64,000 bases of DNA, from contig DVNW01000004.1 of NCBI GenBank assembly GCA_018714105.1, positions 2,738 through 66,737 of the forward strand, given 5' to 3'. Of this stretch, positions 47,557 through 56,602 are shown one piece after another; positions within the stretch are counted from its first letter, which is position 1, and the number at the start of each line of letters is the position of its first letter. Both the position numbers and the translations under genes were made by a program. Under the pieces are notes generated by a model. The model was not told where the DNA came from, did not search any database, and saw nothing but the letters and a program-made list of their open reading frames with translations. The DNA comes from Candidatus Faecicola pullistercoris. GTDB lineage: Bacteria > Bacillota > Clostridia > Christensenellales > CAG-917.

Positions 47557-48039
47557 ATGTACGACAAAACATATAAATGTGAAAATTGCGGCGTAAGGCC
47601 CGCCACTACCGAATCTTTCGTAAACGTCGACGGACAGGAGCGCAAAGTAAGGCTGTGCGGATATTGTTACAACAGTTTGACCGAATACCGGGCTTCCAGG
47701 CATCCTGCGGGTTATAAATCGTTTGTCGAGCGGCCGCAGAAGGTGTGCGAAGTCTGCAAAACCACCGAACAGCAGATAGAGGAAAGCATTTACGTGGGCT
47801 GTTCCAACTGTTATAAGGTTTTCAGGGAGCAGATTTTATCCAAAATTTACACTCTGCACAAAAGCAGAATTCATAAGCGTCGCAAGGACGACGCGCGCAA
47901 ATCGGGTTCTTCCGACGAGGAGCTCGCACTTATGATGATGCATTACAGGCAGGCGGTTGAGGAAAACCGCAGAGAGGACGCCGAGGAGCTTCTCGGTTTT
48001 ATCGAGGACTACAAGAAAAACAAGGGAGGGGTAGACTGA
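47557..48039 (+). CDS. mcsA: Protein arginine kinase activator McsA (zinc-ribbon plus UVR motif)
   Basis: Cys pairs are present at CENCG...CGYC and CEVC...CSNC. There is a C-terminal UVR-like helix. The gene lies directly upstream of mcsB and clpC. Confidence 0.8.
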   Translation: MYDKTYKCENCGVRPATTESFVNVDGQERKVRLCGYCYNSLTEYRASRHPAGYKSFVERPQKVCEVCKTTEQQIEESIYVGCSNCYKVFREQILSKIYTLHKSRIHKRRKDDARKSGSSDEELALMMMHYRQAVEENRREDAEELLGFIEDYKKNKGGVD

Positions 48040-49034
48040 TGCCTTTTAAGGATATCATAGTATCTTCGCGCGTCAGGCTTGCCCGCAACGTCGAAGGTTT
48101 GCCTTTTCCCACCTCGGATATAGGCGGTATAGCTTCGTACAAGCGCGTTCTCGAAGGCGCGACCGCCGCCGCCGGGTTCGAATATACGCTTGCCAACATG
48201 GGCGAACTTCCCGATATCGACAAAGAAGCCCTCGTTGAAAGGCATCTTATCAGCAAACTGCTTTGCGAAAAGGGTTCGGCAGGCGCGGTTTTGCTCAGTA
48301 AAGATCGCTCCGTATCCGTTATGATTAACGAGGAAGACCATATCCGCGCGCAGTGCATCAAACCGGGCAACGAGCTGTATTCGTGCTACCGAAGTATCGT
48401 CAAGTACGACAAAGAGCTTGCAAAGCATCTTAATATAGCGTTTGACAGTCAGTTCGGATACCTTACAAGCTGTCTTACCAATCTGGGTACGGGTATGCGT
48501 GCGTCCGTTATGCTGTTTCTTCCGGCGCTCGTGTTCTGCAATAAGACGGGCGCGCTTATAAACCTGCTGAAAAAGAACGGAGTTACCGTCAGGGGCATTT
48601 ACGGAGAAGGAAGCAGGTACAAGGGCGATATGTTTCAGATTTCAAATACCTATACCCTGGGCGTCAGCGAAGAGGAAATTCTTTCCGTGGTCGATAAAGC
48701 CGTCGAATACTGTATGCAGGAAGAAAGCATCGCCAGAAAACGGCTTAAAGAAGAAAGAGGGCTGCTGCTGGAAGACGAAGTCTACCGTGCGTACGGCGTA
48801 CTTACCAACGCAAGGCTTCTGGACAGCGACGAGTTCATGTCCCAGATTTCCAAACTCAAGCTCGGTATGTCGCTAGGCATTATCAATTTCACCCAAACGG
48901 AAAAACTCGACGAAATAGTATTGTCCTGTCAGCCGGGCAATCTGTGTTGCAGGGTCGGGCGCAGGCTCAGCGACGGGGAGCGCGATCTCGTTCGCGCAGA
49001 AACCGTGCGCGAAGCGCTTGTCAATTTAAAATAA
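48039..49034 (+). CDS. mcsB: Protein arginine kinase McsB (ATP:guanido phosphotransferase)
   Basis: The motifs VSSRVRLARN, INEEDHIRAQC and NLGTGMRASV are present. The ATG overlaps the mcsA stop. Confidence 0.92.
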   Translation: MPFKDIIVSSRVRLARNVEGLPFPTSDIGGIASYKRVLEGATAAAGFEYTLANMGELPDIDKEALVERHLISKLLCEKGSAGAVLLSKDRSVSVMINEEDHIRAQCIKPGNELYSCYRSIVKYDKELAKHLNIAFDSQFGYLTSCLTNLGTGMRASVMLFLPALVFCNKTGALINLLKKNGVTVRGIYGEGSRYKGDMFQISNTYTLGVSEEEILSVVDKAVEYCMQEESIARKRLKEERGLLLEDEVYRAYGVLTNARLLDSDEFMSQISKLKLGMSLGIINFTQTEKLDEIVLSCQPGNLCCRVGRRLSDGERDLVRAETVREALVNLK

Positions 49035-49056
49035 AAGCCTTTATAAGGAGAAATAA

Positions 49057-51510
49057 ATGAAATATTCAAAGTCAACCCAGGCCGCGCTCATGAACGCGGA
49101 AAAAATAGCCGCAGATACCGGCGGCCTTGTGGGAAGCGAGCATATTCTTTGCGGGCTTCTCTCGATAGACTGTACGGCAAGCCGTATTCTCAACAAATAC
49201 GGACTCGAACTCGATACCGCGCTTTCGATGCTGCCCAGAAGCATGCCCACCAATATTATCGAATATTCGCCTCATTCCAAATACATTATAATTCAGGCAC
49301 AGGAAATAGTGGCTAATTTAGGCATGGAGTTTATAGGTACCGAGCATATTCTGGCGTCCATACTCATGGATTCCGACTGCACGGCGGTAAGGCTTATGAT
49401 TCTTGCCGAAGTCGATATTAAAGAGCTGATAAAATATATCAAAACCGACGTCATAACGCCGCTGGTCGACAATGAGGAAAAAGCCGATTACAGGGAGGAT
49501 GCGAAAGGGCCTTTCGGATACAAGGGAAGACGCGGTTCTTCCTCCGAGAAGGACGGAGTTTCCAAACTTGAAAAATTCGGCGTCGATCTCACCAAAAAGG
49601 CAAAAGAAGGCCGTCTTGATCCCGTTATCGGGCGATCTAAGGAAATAGAAAGAGTAATTCAGGTACTTTGCCGCAGGACCAAAAACAATCCCGTGCTTAT
49701 AGGCGAGCCGGGCGTCGGAAAGTCGGCGGTAATAGAGGGGCTTGCGCAGGAGATAGCCGAAAACAAAGTGCCCGATATTCTGAAAGATAAAATTATATTT
49801 TCGCTCGATCTTGCAAGCGTTATAGCCGGCACCAAATACAGAGGCGAGTTCGAAGAACGGTTTAAAGAGGCTCTCGAAGCAATAAAGAGCGCGGGCAACA
49901 TAATTCTGTTTATCGACGAAATCCACACCATAGTAAAAGCGGGCGGAGCGGAAGGCGCGATAGACGCCGGAAATATCCTTAAACCCATGCTTGCGCGCGG
50001 TGAAATTCAGACGGTAGGCGCCACCACGATAGACGAATACCGTAAGCACATCGAGGCGGACGCCGCTCTCGAAAGACGTTTTCAGCCCATTATCGTGGAT
50101 CAGCCCTCGGTAGAGGATACCATACTTATACTTAAAGGTCTTAAAGACAGGTACGAGGCTCACCACAAAGTCAAAATAACCGACGCGGCGCTTGTTGCGG
50201 CAGCAAATCTTTCCGACAGGTATATTACCGACAGATTTTTGCCCGACAAGGCCATAGACCTTATCGACGAGGCCGCAAGCCGTAAACGCATATTCGCTTT
50301 TACCGCGCCGCAGGAGCTTAAAAACGCCGAACAGAAACTTCAATCTCTCAAATACGAAACCGAACAGGCGGTAAAGGATAAGGATTTCGCCAAAGCGGCG
50401 GAATATCAGAAAGAGGCCGAAAAGCTGGAAAACGAGGTCAAAGAGAAAACCGAGGAATACAACAAGGGAAAGGTGGACGTAAAACTCGAAATAGGCGAGG
50501 AGGAAATCGCCGAAATCGTGGCCAATCAGACGGGCGTTCCGCTTACAAAAATAACTCAGACCGAAAGCGAAAAACTTCTTAATCTCGAAGCCGTGCTCAA
50601 ATCCAGGGTAATCGGGCAGGACAATGCCGTGTCCGCAGTGGCAAGGGCGATAAAACGCGCCCGCGCAGGCCTTAAAGATCCTAAAAGACCTATCGGTTCG
50701 TTTATATTCCTGGGACCCACGGGCGTCGGTAAGACCGAGCTGTCCAAGGCGCTTGCCGAAGCCATGTTCGGCGACGAAAACCAGCTTATACGTATCGATA
50801 TGTCCGAATATATGGAAAAGAACAACGTCAGCAAGATGATAGGTTCGGCTCCCGGGTACGTCGGGTTCGAGGAGGGCGGTCAGCTTACCGAAAAAGTAAG
50901 ACGCAAGCCATATTCGGTGGTGCTTTTCGACGAAATTGAAAAGGCGCATTCCGACGTGTTTAACATCATGCTTCAGATTCTCGACGACGGTCGCCTTACC
51001 GACTCGCACGGCAGGACTGTAAACTTTAAAAACACAATTATCATTATGACTTCCAACATAGGCTCGTCGGAGATAGGCAAAATGCCCAAGCTCGGTTTCG
51101 GCAAGGACGGCGACGATAACGGATACGAGAGGATGAAGGAGCAGCAGATGGAGGCTTTGAAGCGCAGCCTTAAACCCGAGTTTATAAACAGAATAGACGA
51201 AATCGTCATTTTCCGAAAACTCGACGGCGAGGATATGGGCAGGATTGCCGATATAATGCTGAACGCTACCGCTTCGAGGCTCAGAGGCCTGGGCATAGAT
51301 ATAGAAATTACACCCGAAGCCAAGGAGTTTATCGTCAGAAAGGGTTCGGATATCGAATACGGCGCAAGGCCGTTAAGGCGCACCATTCAGCGCCTTGTCG
51401 AGGATAAACTGTCGGAAGAAATACTTGAAGGAAAGATTTCCGCAGGCAAAAAAATCGAGGTCGCGTCGGACGGCGAAACTTTGATTTTCAACGAGAAACA
51501 AACTACGTAA
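49057..51510 (+). CDS. clpC: ATP-dependent Clp protease ATP-binding subunit ClpC
   Basis: The 817-aa protein has Clp_N repeats, two Walker A sites (GEPGVGKS and GPTGVGKT) and a UVR-containing middle domain. Confidence 0.95.
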   Translation: MKYSKSTQAALMNAEKIAADTGGLVGSEHILCGLLSIDCTASRILNKYGLELDTALSMLPRSMPTNIIEYSPHSKYIIIQAQEIVANLGMEFIGTEHILASILMDSDCTAVRLMILAEVDIKELIKYIKTDVITPLVDNEEKADYREDAKGPFGYKGRRGSSSEKDGVSKLEKFGVDLTKKAKEGRLDPVIGRSKEIERVIQVLCRRTKNNPVLIGEPGVGKSAVIEGLAQEIAENKVPDILKDKIIFSLDLASVIAGTKYRGEFEERFKEALEAIKSAGNIILFIDEIHTIVKAGGAEGAIDAGNILKPMLARGEIQTVGATTIDEYRKHIEADAALERRFQPIIVDQPSVEDTILILKGLKDRYEAHHKVKITDAALVAAANLSDRYITDRFLPDKAIDLIDEAASRKRIFAFTAPQELKNAEQKLQSLKYETEQAVKDKDFAKAAEYQKEAEKLENEVKEKTEEYNKGKVDVKLEIGEEEIAEIVANQTGVPLTKITQTESEKLLNLEAVLKSRVIGQDNAVSAVARAIKRARAGLKDPKRPIGSFIFLGPTGVGKTELSKALAEAMFGDENQLIRIDMSEYMEKNNVSKMIGSAPGYVGFEEGGQLTEKVRRKPYSVVLFDEIEKAHSDVFNIMLQILDDGRLTDSHGRTVNFKNTIIIMTSNIGSSEIGKMPKLGFGKDGDDNGYERMKEQQMEALKRSLKPEFINRIDEIVIFRKLDGEDMGRIADIMLNATASRLRGLGIDIEITPEAKEFIVRKGSDIEYGARPLRRTIQRLVEDKLSEEILEGKISAGKKIEVASDGETLIFNEKQTT

Positions 51511-51587
51511 GCGACGCCGCGTTTTAAAGGATTTTTAAGCAAAACGTCGTATATATTTATGTAGGAGATAATAAGGAGGCAACAATT

Positions 51588-52115
51588 ATGCGTATTGAAA
51601 TCATCGGCACAAATTACACTCCCAGCAACCAGCTTAAAGAGCTTATCGGGAAGAAAGCCGCCAAGCTCGACCGCTTTTTCTCCGACGGCGATACGGCTAA
51701 GTTCGTATGCAGTCAGGTAAAGGGCAAAGACCGCTTCACCCTTGAGGCGACGATATACTTTAACGGCAATATGTTAAGGGTTGAGGAAACGTCGGACAAT
51801 ATATACGATAACGTATATGTCATTATTCCGAAAATCGAAAGGATGATAAGGAAATACCGCACCAAGCTCGACAAAAAACTTAAAGAAGACGCTTTTTCGG
51901 AAAAATTCCTTGCCAGCGAAGACGTACCCGTAAAACCCGAAGTGGTCAAAAACAAAAAGTTCGGCCTCAAACCGCTGTCCAAAGACGACGCAATAAGCGA
52001 ACTCGAACTTCTCGATCACGATTTTTACCTGTATCTTAACGAAAATACGGGTATGGTGAACGTAGCTTACAAGAGAAAGGACGGCAATGTGGGTATCATA
52101 GAATGCGTATATTGA
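51588..52115 (+). CDS. hpf: Ribosome hibernation promoting factor (long HPF)
   Basis: The N-terminal S30AE domain starts MRIEIIGTNYTPSNQLKELI. The C-terminal dimerisation domain contains DFYLYLNENTGMVNVAYKRKDGNVG. Confidence 0.9.
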   Translation: MRIEIIGTNYTPSNQLKELIGKKAAKLDRFFSDGDTAKFVCSQVKGKDRFTLEATIYFNGNMLRVEETSDNIYDNVYVIIPKIERMIRKYRTKLDKKLKEDAFSEKFLASEDVPVKPEVVKNKKFGLKPLSKDDAISELELLDHDFYLYLNENTGMVNVAYKRKDGNVGIIECVY

Positions 52116-52126
52116 CAATCTGTAGG

Positions 52127-52161
52127 ACGCGCCCTGAGAAATCGGGGCGTTTTTATTTTTT
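52127..52161 (+). terminator. Terminator after hpf
   Basis: The stem is ACGCGCCC / GGGGCGT (one bulged G), followed by TTTTTATTTTTT. Confidence 0.75.
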
Positions 52162-52235
52162 AAAATCCTTATTTAAGGCGGTATTTGATTGAAAATAGTT
52201 TAATAATAGGCTATAATATAGTAACGGTAAATATT

Positions 52236-53030
52236 ATGGAAATAGCTATAAGTACTGCAACGTTCTTCGGTAAAAGCTATACCGAGGACAGCCTCGATCT
52301 GATTAAAAGCCTGGGGCTTAAAACGGTGGAAGTGTTTTTAACCACGTTCAGGGAATACGAACCCGTATTCGGAGATTTGCTGGCGTCGCGTAAAGGCGAC
52401 CTCAACGTCCATTCCGTACATTCGCTAAATCTGCATTACGAGCCCGAACTTTTCAATAACGCCGAGCGTACGCGCGAAGACGCCGAAGCGATTCTGAATA
52501 AGGTCATGAGCAACGGCGCAAAACTCGGTGCAAAATATTACACGTTTCACGGGATAGCCCGCCTTAAAAAACGGCCTTACGTTGTAGATTACGACATTTT
52601 CGCCCGAAAACTCGAAAGGGTAATGGCGGTTACCGCTAGGTACGGCATAGAGCTCTCTTACGAAAACGTGCACTGGGCGCTGTTCAACACTCCCGAATTC
52701 TTCATGAATCTGCGAAGCTGCTGCCCGGGCGTTAAAGCCACCCTCGACATAAAACAGGCCATGCAGGCGGGACTTAGTTATAAGGAATTTCTGCCCGCCG
52801 TAAAGGGGCGGCTTTCAACCGTACATATCTGCGATTACGACCGCGGAGGCAATCTGACCTGTCCGGGCAAGGGCAGCGTGGATTTTCGCGACCTGTTCGA
52901 AAGCCTCCTCGATATCGGCTACGACGGGCCGGTAATGCTTGAATTGTACAGTAATAATTATGAAAACTATTCTGAATTAGCTCGGAGTATAGAATACTTG
53001 CAAAAAATTTTATATCAAATAAATCATTAA
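52236..53030 (+). CDS. Sugar phosphate isomerase/epimerase (xylose-isomerase-like TIM barrel)
   Basis: The protein starts MEIAISTATF. The central part contains YYTFHG and ELSYENVHW, and the end contains MLELYS. I prefer the ATG at 52236 to the upstream start in the ORF track. Confidence 0.7.
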   Translation: MEIAISTATFFGKSYTEDSLDLIKSLGLKTVEVFLTTFREYEPVFGDLLASRKGDLNVHSVHSLNLHYEPELFNNAERTREDAEAILNKVMSNGAKLGAKYYTFHGIARLKKRPYVVDYDIFARKLERVMAVTARYGIELSYENVHWALFNTPEFFMNLRSCCPGVKATLDIKQAMQAGLSYKEFLPAVKGRLSTVHICDYDRGGNLTCPGKGSVDFRDLFESLLDIGYDGPVMLELYSNNYENYSELARSIEYLQKILYQINH

Positions 53031-53049
53031 CTTATTTAAGGAGAACGGT

Positions 53050-54465
53050 ATGGCTTACAATAAAACCGAAAACAAATTACGCTTCGATTACAACAATATG
53101 ATGGCAAAAAATATAGGCGAACACGGCATTACCGACAAAGAACTGTCGTCTGCCGCTACAAAAGCGTATATAGCTTTCGACTACGTGGAAAGACACCGCG
53201 GCAAAGACATGATGGGGTGGACGGAACTTCCTTACAACCAGGGCGAAATAGTCGAAGATATACTTAAAACCGCAAAAGACATCAGGGCTAAGTTCGATTA
53301 TTTCGTGGTGCTCGGCATCGGCGGAAGTGCGCTCGGTCCCATTTCCGTATTCAACGCGCTCAATCATCTGCATTACAACGATTTGCCCAAGAGCAAACGC
53401 AAAGCTCCCAAATTTTACGTAGAGGACAATATCGATCCCGAAAGAATGGCTGCGCTTCTCGACGTAATCGACGTCGAAAAGACTATGTTCAACGTAATTA
53501 CCAAATCGGGCGCTACCAGCGAAACCATGAGTCAGTATCTTATTATTTCGGATATACTTAAAAAGAAGCTGGGTCCCGATTATAAAAACCATATTATCGC
53601 AACTACGTCGGAAAACAGCGGCAATCTCATTAAAATAGCCCGAAAAGAAGGTTTCAAAACCTTTTATATTCCCGACGGGGTGGGCGGCCGTTTCAGCGAA
53701 CTTTGTCCCGTGGGGCTGCTTCCCGCGGCGGTTACCAGGATAGACATCAAAGGGCTTCTCGACGGCGCTCAGTATATGGATAAACTCTGCAAGAAGGACA
53801 CGGCTTCCAAAAATCCCGCTCTTATGGCCGCGCTTCTTCAATATATCGCCATGCGCAAAGGCAACAACGTTTCGGTTATGATGCCCTATGCCGACAGCCT
53901 TAAATTCATAGCGGACTGGTATTGCCAGCTGTGGGCCGAAAGTCTGGGCAAGGCGGTCGATTACGCGGGTAATACGGTAAACGTAGGTCAGACCCCGGTT
54001 AAATCTCTCGGCGTTACCGATCAGCACAGCCAGGTACAGCTTTATACCGAAGGTCCGTTCGACAAGGTAATTACCTTCATCGCCGTTGACAAATTCAGAA
54101 GCGAAGTAACCATACCCGAAGGAGCCGAGGAATATCCCAACGTCAACTTCCTGTGCGGAGCCACGCTTAACAAACTTATCAATACCGAACGCGTAGCTAC
54201 CGAATACGCGCTGCTTAAAGCAGGCAGACTCAGCAATACGATAATTCTGCCCGAAGTCAACGCCTTTACCCTGGGTGAACTCTTAATGTTCTTCCAGCTG
54301 CAGACAGCATATTGCGGAGCCATGCTTAACATCAACACTTTCAATCAGCCCGGCGTGGAAGAAGGCAAAAACGCCACTTACGCGCTTTTTGACAGGGCGG
54401 GTTACGAAGACAAGAAAAAAGAGCTTGAAAGCCGTCCCGAAAAACAGGATAAATACATTATTTAA
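53050..54465 (+). CDS. pgi: Glucose-6-phosphate isomerase
   Basis: The 471-aa protein contains GIGGSALGP, TKSGATSETM and GGRFSE. An AAGGAGA Shine-Dalgarno precedes the start. Confidence 0.93.
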   Translation: MAYNKTENKLRFDYNNMMAKNIGEHGITDKELSSAATKAYIAFDYVERHRGKDMMGWTELPYNQGEIVEDILKTAKDIRAKFDYFVVLGIGGSALGPISVFNALNHLHYNDLPKSKRKAPKFYVEDNIDPERMAALLDVIDVEKTMFNVITKSGATSETMSQYLIISDILKKKLGPDYKNHIIATTSENSGNLIKIARKEGFKTFYIPDGVGGRFSELCPVGLLPAAVTRIDIKGLLDGAQYMDKLCKKDTASKNPALMAALLQYIAMRKGNNVSVMMPYADSLKFIADWYCQLWAESLGKAVDYAGNTVNVGQTPVKSLGVTDQHSQVQLYTEGPFDKVITFIAVDKFRSEVTIPEGAEEYPNVNFLCGATLNKLINTERVATEYALLKAGRLSNTIILPEVNAFTLGELLMFFQLQTAYCGAMLNINTFNQPGVEEGKNATYALFDRAGYEDKKKELESRPEKQDKYII

Positions 54466-54525
54466 CATAAACAACACTACTTTAAATTCGCAGCCGCCAT
54501 GCGAAAAGGGCGGACGAGGTGAAAC

Positions 54526-55098
54526 ATGTCGGATTTTTTTGCTTTGATTAACCGTATGAGATATATAAAAAGGTGGAGCCTTATGCGCAATAACGTGCCC
54601 GAAAACCTTATGGAGCACAGCTTTCAGGTTGCCGTAATAGCGCAGGCTCTCGCTTTAATCAAAAACAAAAAGTTCGGTGCGTCCGTCGACGTGGACAAGG
54701 TGGTTTCCGTTGCCCTGTTTCACGACGCGGGCGAGGTTTTCACGGGGGATATGCCCACGCCCATTAAATACAACAATCCTAAAATAAAAGAGGCCTATAA
54801 GGATATCGAGGCGCAGGCGGAAAAACGTATAGTTTCCATGCTGCCCGAGGAATTCAGGCCGTATTACAAGCCTCTTATAAGCCCGGACGGCGACAGTGAG
54901 GAATACAGAATCGTCAAACGTGCGGATAAGCTGTCGGCCTATATCAAATGTCTTGAAGAAACGGCTTCGGGAAACGCGGAGTTTTCGCTTGCCGGGCAGA
55001 GTACCAAAGCCGCTCTCGAAAAGGAAGATTCGCCCGAAGTAAAATATTTTATAGACAAATTTCTGCAATCCTTTTTCAAACCTTTGGACGCTCTTTGA
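54526..55098 (+). CDS. HD-domain 5'-deoxynucleotidase (YfbR-like)
   Basis: The N-terminal part contains RMRYIKRWSLMRNNVPENLMEHSF, followed by the metal site LFHDAGEVFTGD. Confidence 0.85.
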   Translation: MSDFFALINRMRYIKRWSLMRNNVPENLMEHSFQVAVIAQALALIKNKKFGASVDVDKVVSVALFHDAGEVFTGDMPTPIKYNNPKIKEAYKDIEAQAEKRIVSMLPEEFRPYYKPLISPDGDSEEYRIVKRADKLSAYIKCLEETASGNAEFSLAGQSTKAALEKEDSPEVKYFIDKFLQSFFKPLDAL

Positions 55099-55170
55099 TA
55101 TTTATGCCGTTAATCGTCGGCAAAAAAGTTATATTATGTATTAAGGAGGGCGGGTTTCCCGCATAAAGCT

Positions 55171-55653
55171 ATGTCAAAAAAACTGAACATATTAGGCCAT
55201 ATATGCGAATTATTGTTTTTTGTTGTCGCCATATACTTTCTTATAGCTTGCATTAAAGTCGATCTTAAGATGGACGAACTCGCAAATGCGCAATACGAAG
55301 AAGCGGGCGCAGCCATAGGAGGAGTATTTACTCAGATGATGCTGGCGATACTCTACGTTCTGTCTATAATATTTACGGTAATCGCGCTTATTTACGGTAT
55401 TTGTTTTATGGTGTTTCACGTCGTCAGTTTCAGAAAAGGATTTCGCGGCAAGACCTTTCCCGTATTGTTTGCGCTATTCAGCGCAATCGCAATAATTTAT
55501 TTTATAGTGACATTTATTTCTACCATGCAGGTTCTTATACTGCTTGCCGCGGCAATACCCGTTCCCTCCATAGTTTATTCGGGAATGTATCTCAAAGAGA
55601 AAAAGATGGCGGAAATCGCCTATTCGGAGCAAAAACAGGATTCAATCGATTGA
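55171..55653 (+). CDS. Four-helix membrane protein, unknown function
   Basis: The 160-aa ORF has hydrophobic helices. Its AAGGAGG Shine-Dalgarno lies 21 nt upstream, separated from the ATG by a small hairpin. Confidence 0.5.
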   Translation: MSKKLNILGHICELLFFVVAIYFLIACIKVDLKMDELANAQYEEAGAAIGGVFTQMMLAILYVLSIIFTVIALIYGICFMVFHVVSFRKGFRGKTFPVLFALFSAIAIIYFIVTFISTMQVLILLAAAIPVPSIVYSGMYLKEKKMAEIAYSEQKQDSID

Positions 55654-55687
55654 CATGCGGCAAGTATGTTGCTATAATATCGTTGTA

Positions 55688-55762
55688 AATATCGGGGTGC
55701 CGTAAAGCGGCTGAGATTATACCCATTGAACCTGTCGGTTAGCACCGTCGTAGGGAAAATAA
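55688..55762 (+). promoter_or_regulatory. TPP (THI-box) riboswitch
   Basis: The conserved sequence is present: CGGGGTGCCGTAAAGCGGCTGAGATTATACCCATTGAACCTGTCGGTTAGCACCGTCGTAGGGA. Confidence 0.9.
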
Positions 55763-55774
55763 TTGCGTCTTTAC

Positions 55775-55811
55775 TGACTTCGGTATTTCATGTATCGGAG
55801 TCATTTTTTTT
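55775..55811 (+). terminator. Riboswitch-controlled attenuator terminator
   Basis: The stem is TGACTTCGGTA / TATCGGAGTCA (11 bp, two G-U pairs), followed by T8. The GGAGG Shine-Dalgarno and the ATG at 55823 come next. Confidence 0.8.
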
Positions 55812-55822
55812 GGAGGTAACAT

Positions 55823-56518
55823 ATGAAAGGTTTAACTCTCGCGGCCGACGGATTTACCTGGTCGGGCAGTTGGGAAGGCTTCGGCGCCATGTACGTCGAG
55901 GAAGGCAACAAAGGCGTATACCTCGGTATATGTATAACGGCGTTCGTGCTGCTGTTTGCACTGATAGCTTTTCTCAGTTTCAGCAAAAAAGACAAAAAGA
56001 CCAGCGCAATCGAAATTTCTATTGCCGCGGTTTGCATCGCTCTCAGTTCGGTATTGTCCGTAATCAGGCTGTGGCGCGGCCCCGAAGGCGGCTCGGTAAC
56101 GCCCGGCAGTATGGTGCCCATTGCGATATTCGCTTACATTTTCGGTTTAAGAAAGGGCATACTGGTTTGTTTCACTTACGGCGTACTGCAGGTATTGCTG
56201 GGAGGTTATATCATAAATCCCGTACAGATGCTTCTCGATTATCCCATTCCTTACGCGATGATAGGTCTTGTCGGACTCGCCTCGAAGAGCAAAAAGCCCA
56301 TAGTAGGCATACTTACCTTCTTCCCCGTGGCCATAGTGGCAAGGTACATCGTGCACGTGCTGAGCGGCGTAATCTTCTTCGGCGGCGATTGGGGATATTC
56401 CTTCGTTTACAACACCGTAGTGCTTGTAGACGGCATTATCGCGATTGTTATAACCGCTTTGCTGTTCGCCAACAAGAATTTCGCGTTTACGGTTAAAAAA
56501 TACGTAGGAGAGTGCTGA
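55823..56518 (+). CDS. thiT: Thiamine transporter ThiT (ECF S-component), putative
   Basis: The 231-aa membrane protein lies behind the TPP riboswitch. The motif GPEGGSVTPGSMVPI resembles the ThiT family. Confidence 0.7.
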   Translation: MKGLTLAADGFTWSGSWEGFGAMYVEEGNKGVYLGICITAFVLLFALIAFLSFSKKDKKTSAIEISIAAVCIALSSVLSVIRLWRGPEGGSVTPGSMVPIAIFAYIFGLRKGILVCFTYGVLQVLLGGYIINPVQMLLDYPIPYAMIGLVGLASKSKKPIVGILTFFPVAIVARYIVHVLSGVIFFGGDWGYSFVYNTVVLVDGIIAIVITALLFANKNFAFTVKKYVGEC

Positions 56519-56537
56519 AAATCAGCATAAAAACCCG

Positions 56538-56565
56538 CGCGCCCTTTAAAATAGGGCGCGTTTTT
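56538..56565 (+). terminator. Terminator after thiT
   Basis: The stem is CGCGCCC / GGGCGCG (56538-56544 / 56554-56560), followed by TTTTT. Confidence 0.8.
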
Positions 56566-56568
56566 ATT

Positions 56569-56596
56569 TTGTAAAAATCTTTTAAGATGATATAAT
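56569..56596 (+). promoter_or_regulatory. Promoter with leaderless geometry for the ABC-like gene
   Basis: TTGTAA (56569-56574), a 16-nt spacer, then an extended -10 TGaTATAAT (56588-56596). Six T residues follow, then the ATG at 56603. There is no Shine-Dalgarno. Confidence 0.5.
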
Positions 56597-56602
56597 TTTT
56601 TT

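Noticed and set aside
49318-51009. A 563-aa ORF on the - strand, antisense to clpC.
   Set aside because: It lies entirely inside a confidently identified gene on the other strand. Its translation is low-complexity and rich in F/Y/R/K, with no recognisable motifs, no Shine-Dalgarno and no promoter. Sense-strand codon usage avoids TTA, CTA and TCA, so the antisense frame lacks stops by chance.
51511-51587. A possible raiA RNA motif upstream of hpf.
   Set aside because: The intergenic region is only 77 nt and AT-rich, which is far shorter than the roughly 200-nt raiA motif. It contains only a plausible promoter and a Shine-Dalgarno.
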